A DNA stretch of 64,000 nt, taken from Dimorphilus gyrociliatus (Eukaryota > Animalia > Annelida). Below the pieces are notes generated by a model that was given only the letters and a program-made list of their open reading frames with translations, was not told the DNA's origin and did no database searches. Positions 51,425-64,000 of this stretch are shown here, in pieces. The number at the start of each line of letters is the position of its first letter. Positions within the stretch are counted from its first letter, which is position 1. The stretch is from the NCBI GenBank assembly GCA_904063045.1, contig CAJFCJ010000118.1, forward strand, positions 39,473-103,472, written 5' to 3'. The position numbers were made by a program, and so were the translations under genes.

Positions 51425-52235
51425 TGATTCTGGAATTTCTATGCTTTTTAATTGTTTCCTCTTTCATTTGTGATTTATTGGTTTTCTTTGTAAAAGTGTA
51501 TATTTGTATTTGTTGTTAATATCCCAGATGTCTGGAGAAATAATTTCTTTGACAAACCAAGTCCTCACTAATGGTGTTGCATGATTTCTTAACAGCATAT
51601 GCTAGGTTTTGTCACCATCTCTATACCAATCATTATATGTTAAAATATCTTGTATTTCTGTGACATTGGCCTTTCTTAGTGATGTTTTCTTTCCAATATA
51701 TTTCTCCATACTATTAGCTTCTTTATTTGAAATGATCTTGTAGTTTGTATCCTCTGTTATTTTATTGTCAGCATAACTGGAATTTGTAAGATCAGTTCTA
51801 ATATCCTTCTTTACCCCATGGTGGAGTAGGTCAGCTAATCAGGCAATTTCAATTTTTGGTTCAGAAAGGTGATTGTGGATATTTAACTGAATGGATTTTG
51901 CAGACACAGTGTGAAATCTGCATCCTCTTTCTGAATAATACACATATGTTTTGTCTTTCATCAGTTGGTTTCTTATAGGATTTAATTGATTGTGAGTTGT
52001 TTTGTAGAATAACTGGTTAGACCTACACTCATTATAGGTAATCTCTTCCAAATTGACTTGCTGTAACACATGAGTAACTGGTTCCACTTGGAAAAGCAGA
52101 GAAGACTTGACAGCTGTTGGGTAAATTTTTTTAAATTCTTAAAATTTGAATCAATACCATGTAGTAAGGTAGCTGTTTGGGCAGCTTCTCTCATTTCCAG
52201 TGGGAATTTATGGTAGGGGTCTTTAGTTATATTAT
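51425..52235 (-). pseudogene. env-like remnant 2, downstream of the Gypsy 2 integrase
   Basis: TATLLHGIDSNFKNL..LSSLLC and YVYYSERGCRFHTVSAKSI are homologous to remnant 1 (TAALLNNIDKNFQNF..VSQLLC; FIYYTRKGCRFQTAAAQSI). Confidence 0.65.
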
Positions 52236-52238
52236 GTT

Positions 52239-52355
52239 TCAGACTTATGTTTGGCCAATATTATAGCATTTTCTTGCGTAGGTTTTAAGATGTACATGTA
52301 TAAGTTGCATAAAATAATAGAGTTCAAGCATGTAAAATATAACCAAAGTTGTACA
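52239..52355 (-). mobile_element. 117-bp LTR2 5'-end fragment between integrase and env
   Basis: Near-identical to ~56840-56956. Confidence 0.85.
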
Positions 52356-55300
52356 CTCTGATAGGAAGTATTCCACCATTTGTTTGTTGGTTCCTTACTG
52401 TCACTGTGTTAACTGTTATAGGTTGTTTGTTAGCTAGTCTTAGTCTACTATCATGATAGAATTTTCTTTTATCTGCCAATATTTGTAATTCATACAAACA
52501 TTTTGTAGTATCAGTAGCAGTTACAAGGTATGGTCCACTCCATTTGCTTGTATTTATTCTGTTCATTCCTTGACCAATGTTTTCATTTCTTATGTGTACC
52601 CTATCACCAATTTTGTAAGTTGGTGGTTTTCTTGTAATAGCTTTATTAACTCTATCTCTATATTTCTTCTTTGTTAGAACAGATTTACAAAGTGCTGTTG
52701 CTCTAATTTCTTCAAGTTCATGTTTTCTATCAAATAAGAATTTTGTTGTTGGTTCTAATATTGGAACTTCCATTAATAGATCTAAGACATTTCTATTCTT
52801 CAATCCAAATAATATTTCATGTGGGGTTTTGTCAGTGCTTCCAACTGGTCAGGTAAAACCAGAATGTTTCTTTCTTCAAGGATAATCCAGATCATTTCCT
52901 TGTGAACAAACATCTCCATTATCAAAAGGTGTAAAAGTTCCAAAATAAGGAATAGGTAGCTGACCATCCAGTGTTAAATATTCTTTAATTGATTTTAAAT
53001 TCACATCTTTTTCTTGCTCTGACTGTAAGTCAACAGAAGACAAATCAATTTTCTCTTCACTGTTATCACTGGTAGCTACAAAAGTTAACTCTGGTGTATG
53101 TTCATACTGTTCCATTTTAACTGAAATAGAGGGAGAATTCTCCTCTTTGATTCTTCCATGAATTAGCTCTTCAAATGTTACTTTCCTTGGGGGTGTATAT
53201 TCTTCTAATCTTGTTAATGCATCTGCTCTATTTTTTCGTCCTGTCACATAGTTAATTGTAAATTTTAAATCCATTAAAGCCATGACCCATTTTGCTGTGC
53301 TGACATTCAATTTGTTTTGCTTAAATGTTTGTACTAGACTCTGATGGTCAGTATATAAAAAGAATGGCTTGTCTTGAAGGTAATGTAAAAATTTCTTTAC
53401 AACCCAGTAAACACCAAATGCTTCCTTTTGATAGGCTGCATATTTCATTTGATTATTGTTGAATTGTTTTGAAGCATAGGCAATGGGTTTCATTGTTTTC
53501 TTCCCATTCTCATCTACATAAACTTGTTCAAGAACTCCTCCTACAGCTACATTTGATGCATCTGTTGTTAAGTGAAAATCTTTAGCAAAATCAGGTAGTT
53601 GTAATACAGGAGGGTTAACTACTGCATCTCTCAACTTGAAAAATGATTGCTTGGCTTCCTCAGTCCATTGCAATTTATCCTTTTTCCCATGTAGTTTCAT
53701 TAACATATACAGAGGTTTAGCTACTCTTGCAAAATCTTGTATAAATTTTCTGTAATAGCCACAAAATGCAACAAAGCTTAGTAGTGAATTTGCAAACACT
53801 GGTGGCTGTAAATTATATAATTTATCTGTCTTGGACTTATCTGTTTCAATCCCCTTTTCTGATAAAATTTTTTGTTTTGGACAATGTGTCCCAAGAATTG
53901 AACTTGTTCTTTCAAAAACACACATTTACTTAGTTTAATCTTAAAATTGTATTTTTGAATCTGTTGAAGAATGGTCTCCAATGCTTCCCAATGTTGGTCC
54001 AGCGACTTGGTAAATATTATTATGTCATCAAGGTAGTTTAGGCACAAATGCTTTACATCCTTTAGCACAAATGAATTCATTACATAACTAAAATGAGGAG
54101 GGGCATTCATTAATCCAAAAGGCATCTTAATAAATTCAAACAAGCCAAAAGGTGTAATAAATGCTGTTTTAGACCTATCTTCTTTCTTGATGTTAATGTG
54201 GTGGTATGCACTTGTCAAATCCATTGTAGAAAAGAATTTATTTCCTCCTCCCAAATGGTCAAAAAGATCATCTTGATTTGGCAGTGGATACTTGTTTTTA
54301 ACTGTCATTTTGTTTAGTTTTCTATAATCTACACACATTTGTAGACTACCTTCCTTCTTTCTTACGAAAACAATTGGTGAAGCCCAATTGCTCTTGCTTG
54401 GTTGAATAACTTTGCTTTTTACCAATTCAGCTATCTGTTGCTTACATTCTTCCTGTTTTTGAGGAGGCATTCTATATGGCCTTTGTCTATATGTTGTTGA
54501 ACCTGGTTCAAGAGTTATTTCCAAGGGTGGTACCTCTGGATTGCCAATATCAAATCTGTCTTCTGCAATAGTTTCTTTATATTTCACCAAAATTTGGGTA
54601 ACTTTGTCCTTTATCTCGGGATTTTCTTGTTCAATTGTTGTCTGAAGGGTATGTATTTGACTCTCATTCTTTTTCATAATAAGAGGAACTGGGTAAAATC
54701 CTTTGAAAGATAAGTGTTGTGTTCCAACAGGGTAATTCTTTTCTGTACCTGGCTGGAGTATAATCTGTCTCTTGCCAAAGTCAAGGGTAGCTCCATTTTG
54801 TTGTAGAAAGTCACACCCAATAATACATTGTTGTGTAATGATTTTGTTGATCAGAAAGCATTGTTTAATAATCTTTCCATTAAAATAAAGTCTGAGAATG
54901 ATTTCTCCACATATCTTGATGCTATTTCCTGAAGCATCTCTAGCATTTTTCACAGTTTGTTCTGGGAAGGATGCTTTTCCTTGAACTTGTCTTAATACCT
55001 TTTTTGAAATGAAAGATCTATCACTACCAGAGTCTATCAAGGCATCAAACTTAAAACCAGTATTAGTTTCAAATTGTCCAATAAATGTTGAAGCATTTCG
55101 CTCAGATTGTTTGCTTTGTAACAGCTGACAAGTGGATTTGTCACTATCTGAAAAACAGAGAATATCTTGAACTTTGTCGCTTTCTGACATGCTTTCATTG
55201 TCTAATGTTTCTAATTTTTGTAGCTTAGGTTCCTCTTTCAGTATCGTCTTTGCTGGTTGATTTTTCTTATAATACCTATTTGTTGTAGTTGGTGCATACT

Positions 55301-56261
55301 TTTGGACTTTTTGGCTTGAAAACTTTTCTTTAGTACCATTTTTGTTGTCAGGTACATGCTTTCTATTCCAAAAATTTGGGGTTTCTGTAGAAGCATCTTT
55401 TCTGATTACCTGGGTCTTTTTGGTCTCTTTTCTTTGTTGAGTTTCCAATTTTGACACCATTGTGATCAGTTTTCTTTGAGTTAGTTTTAATGAAGTTTCT
55501 GCTTGCTTAGCAGCCTCATATAGTTCTCCCAATGTTTGACATTTAGGATGTAAGGTGTACACTAAATGTAGAATATCCTGTTGTAATCCTCTTTGTAAAA
55601 CTTCCATCAGTTTTATTTCTTTCATAGTTGCAAGCAATTGTGGTTCCATTGGTCTAGGTGGAGAAAACCTCTTTATCAATTTCTTTGCTCTATTAACAAA
55701 CTGAACCACACTTTCGCCATTCATTTGCTTTAAGTTAAGCAATTTCTCTTGATACTCCAAAGGATCCAGATCAAATTCGTCATGGAGGGCTTTCCATATT
55801 TCCTCCACAGTAGGCTCTCCATCCAGAGCCAACACCAAATCCTTTGCAGGACCAGTTAAATAATCTAAAAGATTTGCTTTCACAACATCTTCTCCTATCC
55901 AACCATAAGCATAACATGCCTGATTAAAGTCTTTTTTGAATTTTGAACACTCCTTGCTTCCATCATACAACTTGAGAATAGTTCTTTGAGGGCGGTCCCA
56001 AGCAGCCCTTAATGCTTGAATTACTGTTGTGATATCAACATTTGGGTTCTGAGCTGGGTGATGTGTTCCATCTCCATGATCTGTTGGAATTGTGATTCGA
56101 TTTCTTTTCATTTCACTCACCAATCTATCATAGTCTTCAATTAGTCTTTGTTGCCTTTCTGACATTCCTGCTGGCTGAATTGTAATTGTTGGAGTTGCTG
56201 GGGTTGAAGGGTTACAGTCTGTAACTGCCCCAGTGGCATTTCCAATTCCTCCTTCTGCCAT
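52356..56261 (-). mobile_element. Ty3/Gypsy element 2 internal region (single-frame gag-PR-RT, RNaseH, integrase C-terminus; IN core deleted)
   Basis: MAEGG start, LIDSG, YLDD, frameshift near 53900, TDAS/YTDH, GDRV..WSGPY (GPY/F module). Confidence 0.93.
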
Positions 56262-56299
56262 ATTTACTTTCTCAAAACTTTTGAATAAACCAAAAGAAT

Positions 56300-56317
56300 A
56301 TCCTGTCGACTGCACCA
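56300..56317 (-). promoter_or_regulatory. Primer-binding site of Gypsy 2 (tRNA-Ser-like)
   Basis: TGGTGCAGTCGACAGGAT, 4 nt from the LTR end. Confidence 0.8.
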
Positions 56318-56321
56318 AATT

Positions 56322-56956
56322 TGTACTGCTCTTGCTGGCAAAATCTATGCGTTTGCAAGTTATAACAATACTGGTTCTACTCGAACCTTTAAACAAATGT
56401 TTAAATTAAAACGGTTTATTCGCAATAATAATACTTAAGCAAGTAACAATATGAGAGTTCGATAGCAGAGTAGATAGTTTGTAATAGCAGGTTGCCAAAT
56501 TACCAAACTGTCTTCCAATGTTGAGGAGTAGATGGATGGTTCCAGTGGAGGTTGTTTCCAGATGATTTTCCCAGGTCCTTGGGTCCAGATGGAAGCTGCA
56601 TGCCAAATGAGAATAATGAGGATTTATATACTTTGAGGTTTGTCTCTGACATCCAATCATCACTTTACAGTTGCCGAAATGTGTAGTTCATATTTATCTT
56701 TAGTAACAGGATGTTACAAGGTTCAACATTTAGGAAAGTTAATTGAATTATAACTAGGCCACACCCTAGGCAAGTTAATTAAATTATAACTTGGCCAAAC
56801 CTTTATTGGTAATTAAAGATGAGCCTTCAAGCTGACTAATCAGACTTATGTTTGGCCAATGTTATAGCATTTTCTTGAGTAGGTTTTAAGATGTACATGT
56901 ATATGTTGCATAAAATAATAGAGTTCAAGCATGTAAAATATAACCAAAGTTGTACA
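56322..56956 (-). mobile_element. 5' LTR of Gypsy 2 (LTR2, 635 bp)
   Basis: Same length as and near-identical to the TSD-defined solo LTR at 35782-36416. Confidence 0.93.
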
Positions 56957-57049
56957 CTAGCATTAATATTACAATTTATTAATCCATAAATTTATGATTT
57001 TGAACTAAAACTAGTTCAATTAATTATCAATTATGCTTAAATTCTAAGT

Positions 57050-57708
57050 TTAGATTATATTCACTATTCAACAGTATTGTATACATAATACTGTTCTTTT
57101 TAACATGCATTAATCAGATATACTTCCTCCTTATATGCTGATGCTAAATTTACTAACTCAATCAATTGAATTTCATTATTAAGGTAGAATATAAAAATGG
57201 TCAAATATACAATCTACATGTTTTCTTGATTGTTGGACTTGTCCTACTAAAATTGTTACATCTTATGCAACTCTCCAACCTTCGAAATTCAACTATTATT
57301 TAGAAGAGGAAAACAATAAAAACATGACCATATTTAGAACTTTTCTTTGTCTTCAAATGTTACTTTTGTTTTTGTGAACATTGAAATTTGTGAACTATCA
57401 ACCCTTAAAAGAGTATATAAACCCTACGAAATTAACAGTTGATAGTTCAGTTTTCTAACCATCAGCTAGTTGTTTAAACTAGCTTGTTTAGAACTAAAAG
57501 CTCATTTTACTCAATACATATTCTTTGGACGAAATACTGGTGTTTTGTTAATCAATTTCTACCGAAATTGCCTTTGTTAGACTATTTGTGGACAAACTTT
57601 AAAGGTTCTATTTGGACCAGTACTTTGGCAAGTTGGTAAATGATTGGAAAGGACGATTACAGTTGTGACGAACCAGAAATTCCTACAATTACAATACAAC
57701 AACGTACA
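57050..57708 (+). mobile_element. LTR3-family LTR (start uncertain)
   Basis: Homology to other LTR3 copies; ends GTACA. Confidence 0.75.
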
Positions 57709-58015
57709 CAATGAGATTTTAAATAGTATGCTCTCCTAAAATATCAATATGAAAAACAAACTTGCAAACTGGACTACCAGTGACTTGATGTAGTTTGAGA
57801 ATTATTGAGTTGGGTTCATAAGAATTGGCTTTTACTAAGGCATTTACAGTAAATGGTGTTGAGTGTCCTTAGTCAACTAACATTTGAAATTGTTACATTA
57901 CATTTTTATATAAAAAGTAAAACAAAATAAAACTACTTAGAAAGAATAGTTGACTGACAACTAAGACTCATCAATTCATTTTGGCCAGAGTCTTGTCCGG
58001 TTTCATGTTCCACCA

Positions 58016-60232
58016 ATGGCAATTGAATTATTGGAAGATATAAAGCCTTTCAAACAAAGACCATACAGATTGCCACCCAACAAACAGCAGGAATGCAGGG
58101 ATCAATTAAATGGATTATTGGAAAATGGTCTAATTAGAGCAAGCAAAAGCCAATGGGCTTCACCCATTGTTTTTGTGAAAAAGAAAGAAGGAACATTAAG
58201 AATGTGTGTGGATTACAGAAAACTTAACAAGCAATCAAAAAAGAATTGTTATCCAATCCCACATCAGGAAGATTTATTTGATAAGCTTGGAGGAGGCCAC
58301 AAATATTTTTCTATATTGGATTTAACAAGTGCATTTCATCATATTCCAATTAAAGAAGAAGATAAGGAGAAAACTGCTTTTATTACACCATTTGGTTTAT
58401 TTGAATTCAACAGCATGCCATTTGGTTTGGCTAATGCACCTTCACACTTCAGCTATATCATGGCAATTTTGTTATTAATGGATTGGAAAACTTCTGCATT
58501 AATTATATGGATGATATTATAGTTTTTACCAAAACATTGGAAGAACACTTTGTAGCTCTACAGAAACTTATGTAAAGAATCAAGGAAAAAGACTTCAGAA
58601 TTAAACTGAGCAAATGTGCATTCTTACAAGAATCAGTTCAATTCCTTGGTCATAGAATTACACAGAATGGTATTGAAACTGATCCTGAAAAGATTCAGAA
58701 AATAAAAGATGCCAAATTACCTATGTTTGCAAATACTCTGTTGAGTTTTGTGGCATTTTGTGGTTATTATAGAAGATTTGTTAAAGATTTTGCAAAAATC
58801 ACAAAACCTTTGAGAGAATTATTAAAAGTACACCAAAAGACAGAAAAACTGAAATGGACAAAAAAAGCAGAGGAAGCTTATGAAACACTAGGGAATGCAA
58901 TGACAGAGCCCCCAATCCTTCAACTGCCAGACTTTACTAAATCATTCTATTTAACAACAGATGCTTCTAATTATGCAGTTGGTGCAGTTCTAGAACAAGA
59001 ATGGGAAGAAGATGGAAAGAAAATAAGAAAACCAATTTCTTTTGCTTCCAAGCTCCTAATCAATACACAACTAAGATATGCAGCTTATCAAAAAGAGGCT
59101 TTTGCAGTATATTGGGCAGTACAAAAATTCTCCCATTATCTACAGTATAAGAAATTTTTTCTCTACACTGATCACCAAAATTTGGTACAAACATTTGTAC
59201 AAAACAAACTGAATACAAGTACTGTTAAATGGGTGATGGCACTTATGGATATGGATTTTGAAATAATATACATACCAGGAAGAACTAATAGAGCAGACTG
59301 GATATCAAGAATTGGTGAAACTGATGAAGTAATTGATTTTCGTAATTTACTTAAGGAAAGATTAAATGAAGAAAAACAAAAATGGCAATACAGTTCCCCA
59401 ATTAGCAGAAAGAAAGGATATGCTTAAATGCTTTTATATTGATACAGAGGACTTAGAAGAATTAGATGATTGTTTAGATGACAATCTAGACAATGATTAT
59501 GATGAAGACATAACTGAAATCCAAGCCCAGATTATGAAACTAAAAATCACACCAGTTGAAATAAACTTCTATAGAGAACAAGTATTAGATACTCCACTAA
59601 TGTTAGTTGTAGACAAATTGGAAGGAGAAAACATTGATAATAGGTCTTTGAATGAATATGGAAACTTTATTGAATCTATGTTTGTAAAAGAAGACCTTGT
59701 ATGGTATCTAAATGGCTGTCAACCACTACTTGTAATTCCACTATCAACTCTAACCAACTTACTTGGACAAATTCATCAACATCAACTATTTGAGCACTAT
59801 GGTGTAGACATAACAATTCACACTTTGGAGCAAGCTTTCTGGCACCCCAAGCTAAAGAAAACAATTAAAGATCACATAAAGAGTTGTGAATTTTGTGAGC
59901 AATTAAGAGCACCAGGCAACAAACATCTGTTGGTTGAAACACCTCACCCAACTTTACCAATGCAAAGAATAGCTATGGACATAATGGGACCTCTGACTGG
60001 ACATGATTCTTACAAGTATATACTTGTCATTATAGACCACATGTCCAGATTTACCAACATATTCCCTCTAAAAACTCAAACAGCTGAGGAGATTTCTCAA
60101 CATTTGTTTTTCAACTATTTCACAATATTTGGTATCCCAGAAGACATTCTCACTGATCAAGGAAGGAATTTTCTTGGGGAAATCTTTACAGAAATGGTGA
60201 CATCAATGGGAATACAAAAAATTAAAACAACA
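58016..60232 (+). mobile_element. Ty3/Gypsy pol fragment (RT-RNaseH-IN), frameshifted, related to Gypsy 1, truncated by the tandem array
   Basis: KPFKQRPYRLPP, YMDD, TDAS, HHCC zinc finger (H..H..CEFC), IAMD, TDQG. Confidence 0.92.
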
Positions 60233-61270
60233 TAATATGAATTAATATCTTTTTCTACTGCCTACCCAAAATCTGTAATAGGATATTGATTTTATTCCAA
60301 ATAATCATAGTAAGCAAGTAGAAATATCAGAAAAATTTAAACAAAGAAAATATTGAATTTTTAGCCCTTAAAATTATTACAGTAGTGAAAAACCTACCTA
60401 TAGTGTTCACTTAGAAATATCAGCATAATAATATTTAGACTTTAGATATTATAGAACTTTAGAAAGCCTCATATTTTGTAGCAATTTTAATGGTGGAAGA
60501 TTAGAAAGACATTTATTTAGTACAATTTTAGTCTAGAACTTTAAAAAGGCTCTTATTTCATAGGAAACATATTCTTTGACAAAAACAGATGTTGCATGAT
60601 GGAATTAACAATGGCACAAACAATATTGAAAAAATGCATGTTAAACTAACCCAACCCTAGTTTACAGACAAAGATATTAGGTTTTTCAACTCTTGTTTAT
60701 TGTTATTATTTGAATCCAGTTGTAACACTTGCTTTTTTATTGCATATTTTTGGTTTTTTCTCACATTTTTATATAAAATTTCTATTCAGAGTTGTTTTTT
60801 TTTTACCTAGAAAATATGTAGATTTATTTTCAAGTATTTAAACTACATTTTAGATAGAATTAGATTATGATTAATAACATTGGACACTTGTTGAGAGGAG
60901 ATTGATAAAAAGCTTTCAAAATATACAAAGAGATTATATATTGTGAATCATTGATTTTTAGTTATTCAATATCAGCAAACATTTTTTGAATAAAATTGAT
61001 TTGGTATTATCAAAAATAAATTAATATCTTTTTCTACTGCCTACCCAAAATCTGTAATAGGATATTGATTTTATTCCAAATAATCATAGTAAGCAAGTAG
61101 GAATACCAGAAAAATTTAAACAAAGAAAATATTGAATTTTTAGCCCTTAAAAATATTACAGTAGTGAAAAACCTACCTATAGTGTTCACTTAGAAATATC
61201 AGCATAATAATATTTAGACTTTAGATATTATAGAACTTTAGAAAGCCTCATATTTTGTAGCAATTTGAAT
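60232..61270 (+). repeat. ~779-bp tandem repeat array (about 1.3 units)
   Basis: TTAATATCTTTTTCTACTGCCTACCC recurs at 60242 and 61021. Confidence 0.9.
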
Positions 61271-61354
61271 GGCTTTTTTATAGCCAAAAATTCATTACAT
61301 TCTTTGTTAAAATTTTCTATAAAAGCAATGTGAGTATTTATTCTGCATTTTAAG

Positions 61355-62530
61355 ATGAAAGAAAGAACTATGAATTTCTTAATCTTCCTGACAGTTGTAT
61401 TGTGTCAATTTGGTATGTCTTTTGTTTTGAATTTTGATTGTTTGTTTTTTTACAAATTTTACTGGAATATATTAATTTTTGTAACAATTAATTAATATTT
61501 TTAGAATATTCTGCATTGACATCCCCACCAAGTTTTATTTTTAATACTGGAGTGGAATTTAATGAAGGGGATGAAGTAGAAATAAAAATCAAGGGAGGGG
61601 TTCCAGCTCATACTTGCAGGTATGAAATGATTGATCCTTTTAGTAAATATCAATTTGCTCTTTTTTCTCTTTCAGTATACAAGTTGATCCAGATTATTCA
61701 GGTACTGGTGCCACATCATTTTCAAATTTAGAATCATCACAAACAGTAACTTTGACATTATCAATTGTAAGTGATGGTGAAACTGAAGGTCTTGAAGAAA
61801 AGATATTACGCTATAATTGTCCTTCATCATACTTTAAAAGTTTCACAAGTACCATATCTATTTTAAGTCAAGGTGGTGGTGGTGGTGATCCACATTTTTC
61901 TGTTTTTGTAAAGGATAAGAATGGTTTGGGAATGAAGCAAATTTGTTTTGATGTTTCTTCAACTTATTACAGGAAATTGAAAATTTTTAAAGATTTCAAA
62001 CAAAATATTACTGTATTTGGTGTTCTAAAAGATGACTACTATATGCATCAGATTGTCTTTTCTTTAAATAATCATAATTTGGCCATTGCTCTAGATGGAG
62101 TGTACATTCAGGATCAAAAATATCAAGACTGGCATTCTACAAAAAAACCAATTCAAATTGGAGATTTTACTGTGACTCTAGCACTGAGAATAATATATTT
62201 TTAGTTGGAATAAAGAAACAGAACCACTCTAAATCTGAATTTTTCTCAGTAAAAAAATCAAAGAAGCTTGTAGTTGGAGAATTTTTAGATATTATCATTC
62301 AAACACAATTGGCAAACAAGAAAAATGGAGGATTACTTGGTATTGTTTACCAAAAAAATTTTCATTTCTTTAAGAATGTTCAAGACAGTGAAAATAATAT
62401 GGACTCTTCCGTCATAGTAAATGATAGACTGGTTCATTCCAAGATAGTAAAGAGATATAATAATGATTGTTGGCTACTTGATGTAAATGATATCCTCTTC
62501 GCAGAAAATTTGAACAATTATCTTGAATAA
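61355..62530 (+). CDS. Secreted protein B (paralog of 4363-5520), exons 61355-61412, 61505-61619, 61676-62530; one frameshift near 62180
   Basis: MNFLIFLTVVLCQF leader; VDPDY..SIVSDGETEGLEE; GGGDPHFSVF..ICFDVSS; LKDDYYMH. The downstream frame resumes homology (FSVKKSK..GGLLG). Confidence 0.75.
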
Positions 62531-62609
62531 TCTTATTATTTGTAATGTAATTCTATCTACAATTTTATTCAAAACATAGACCCTAATTGCACTAAATAAA
62601 TGTCTTATA

Positions 62610-64000
62610 TTTCAACATTTTTTGAATAAAATTGATTTGGCATTATCAAAAATGAATTAATATCTTTTTCTAGTGCCTACCCAAATACTGTAATAGGATA
62701 TTCATTTTAATCTGATTAATCATAGTTAGCAAATAGCAATATGAGAGAAATTTAAAGTTCTATAATATAAAGTTCTAGAGTATCATTAGAAAGACATAAT
62801 AATGTGCTGATATTGAATAACTAAAAACCAATGCTTCACAATAATAAGAGCCTTTTTAAAGTTCTAGACTATAATTGTACTAAATAAATGTCTTTCTAAT
62901 CTTCCACCATTAAAATGTCTTTCTAATCATTCACCATTAAAATGTCTTTCTAATCTTCCACCATTAAAATTGCTACAAAATAATCTAATTCTATCTAAAA
63001 TGTAGTTTAAATACTTGAAAATATATCTACGTATTTCAGGTAAGAAAAACACTCTGAATAGAAATTTTATATAAAAAGTGTGAGAAAAACCAAAAATATG
63101 CAATAAAAAAGCAAGTGTTACAACTGGATTCAAATAATAACAATAAACAAGAGTTGAAAAACCTAATATCTTTGTCTGTAAACTAAGGTGGGGTTAGTTT
63201 AACATGCATTTTTTCAATATTGTTTGTGCCATTGTTAATTCCATAATGCAACATCTGTTTTGGTCAAAGAATATGTTTCCTATGAAATAAGAGCCTTTTT
63301 AAAGTTCTAGACTAAAATTGTACTAAATAAATGTCTTTCTAATCTTCCACCATTAAAATTGCTACAAAATATGAGGCTTTCTAAAGTTCTATAATATCTA
63401 AAGTCTAAATATTATTATGCTGATATTTCTAAGTACACACTATAGGTAGGTTTTTCACTACTGTAATATTTTTAAGGCCTAAAAATTCAATATTTTCTTT
63501 GTTTAAATTTTTCTCATATTCCTACTTGCTTACTATGATTATTGGAATAAAATCAATATCTATTACAATTTTGGGTAGCAGTAGAAAAAGATATTAATTT
63601 ATTTTTGATAATACCAAATCAATTTTATTCAAAAAATGTTTGCTGATATTGAATAACTAAAAATCAATGATTCACAATATATAATCTCTTTGTATATTTT
63701 GAAAGCTTTTTATCAATCTCCTCTCAACAAGTGTCCAATGTTATTAATCATAATCTAATTCTATCTAAAATGTAGTTTAAATACTTGAAAATAAATCTAC
63801 ATATTTTCTAGGTAAAAAAAAAAACAACTCTGAATAGAAATTTTATATAAAAATGTGAGAAAAAAACCAAAAATATGCAATAAAAAAGCAAGTGTTACAA
63901 CTGGATTCAAATAATAACAATAAACAAGAGTTGAAAAACCTAATATCTTTGTCTGTAAACTAGGTTGGGTTAGTTTAACATGCATTTTTTCAATATTGTT
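62610..64000 (-). repeat. Same ~770-bp repeat in inverted orientation (about 62800-64000), preceded by a short direct fragment; includes a 27-bp x3 expansion at 62887-62967
   Basis: TAATCTAATTCTATCTAAAA recurs at 62981 and 63751; reverse complement of 60240-61020. Confidence 0.9.

Noticed and set aside
53778-56396. 872-aa ORF taken as starting at 56396
   Set aside because: The first ~45 codons are LTR/PBS sequence; gag most plausibly starts at MAEGG (56261).
60232-64000. CRISPR-like array or rRNA/tRNA genes
   Set aside because: Eukaryotic context; the units are ~775-bp near-identical repeats without unique spacers, and no structured RNA gene was recognised anywhere in the window.

Overview
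AT-rich eukaryotic (animal) genomic DNA with very short (about 50-70 nt) GT-AG introns and two assembly gaps (25701-26398, 48761-48770). Gene content suggests a compact spiralian/annelid-like genome (inference only). I assembled these host genes by hand from exons: a DEG/ENaC channel with a ~510-aa knuckle insertion; two paralogous small secreted Calx-beta-like + GDPH/ITIH-C proteins; an intact SAMHD1-like gene whose HD motif reads RN; an unannotated two-exon Cys-rich peptide precursor; a tandem PAN/Apple protein; an intronless orphan rhodopsin GPCR; an EGF/cadherin pseudogene; and three GRL101-like LGR receptors (LDLa-LRR-7TM, two of them with upstream SRCR-like modules) plus a 5' duplicate pseudogene. 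All three LGRs carry a conserved, spliced cytoplasmic tail that resembles a catalytically dead protein-kinase C-lobe. The right half is a nest of decayed Ty3/Gypsy elements (tRNA-Ser PBS, three LTR families, TSD-verified solo LTRs). It includes two env-like ORF remnants, one with exact cysteine/LGD spacing of herpesvirus gB (class III fusion proteins, compared from memory). Also present: mariner and Tc1 remnants, a TTAGGG-containing MITE family, and ~775-bp tandem arrays in inverted orientation around one GDPH gene. All gene models and homology calls are by eye and need RNA-seq and HMM or structure confirmation.
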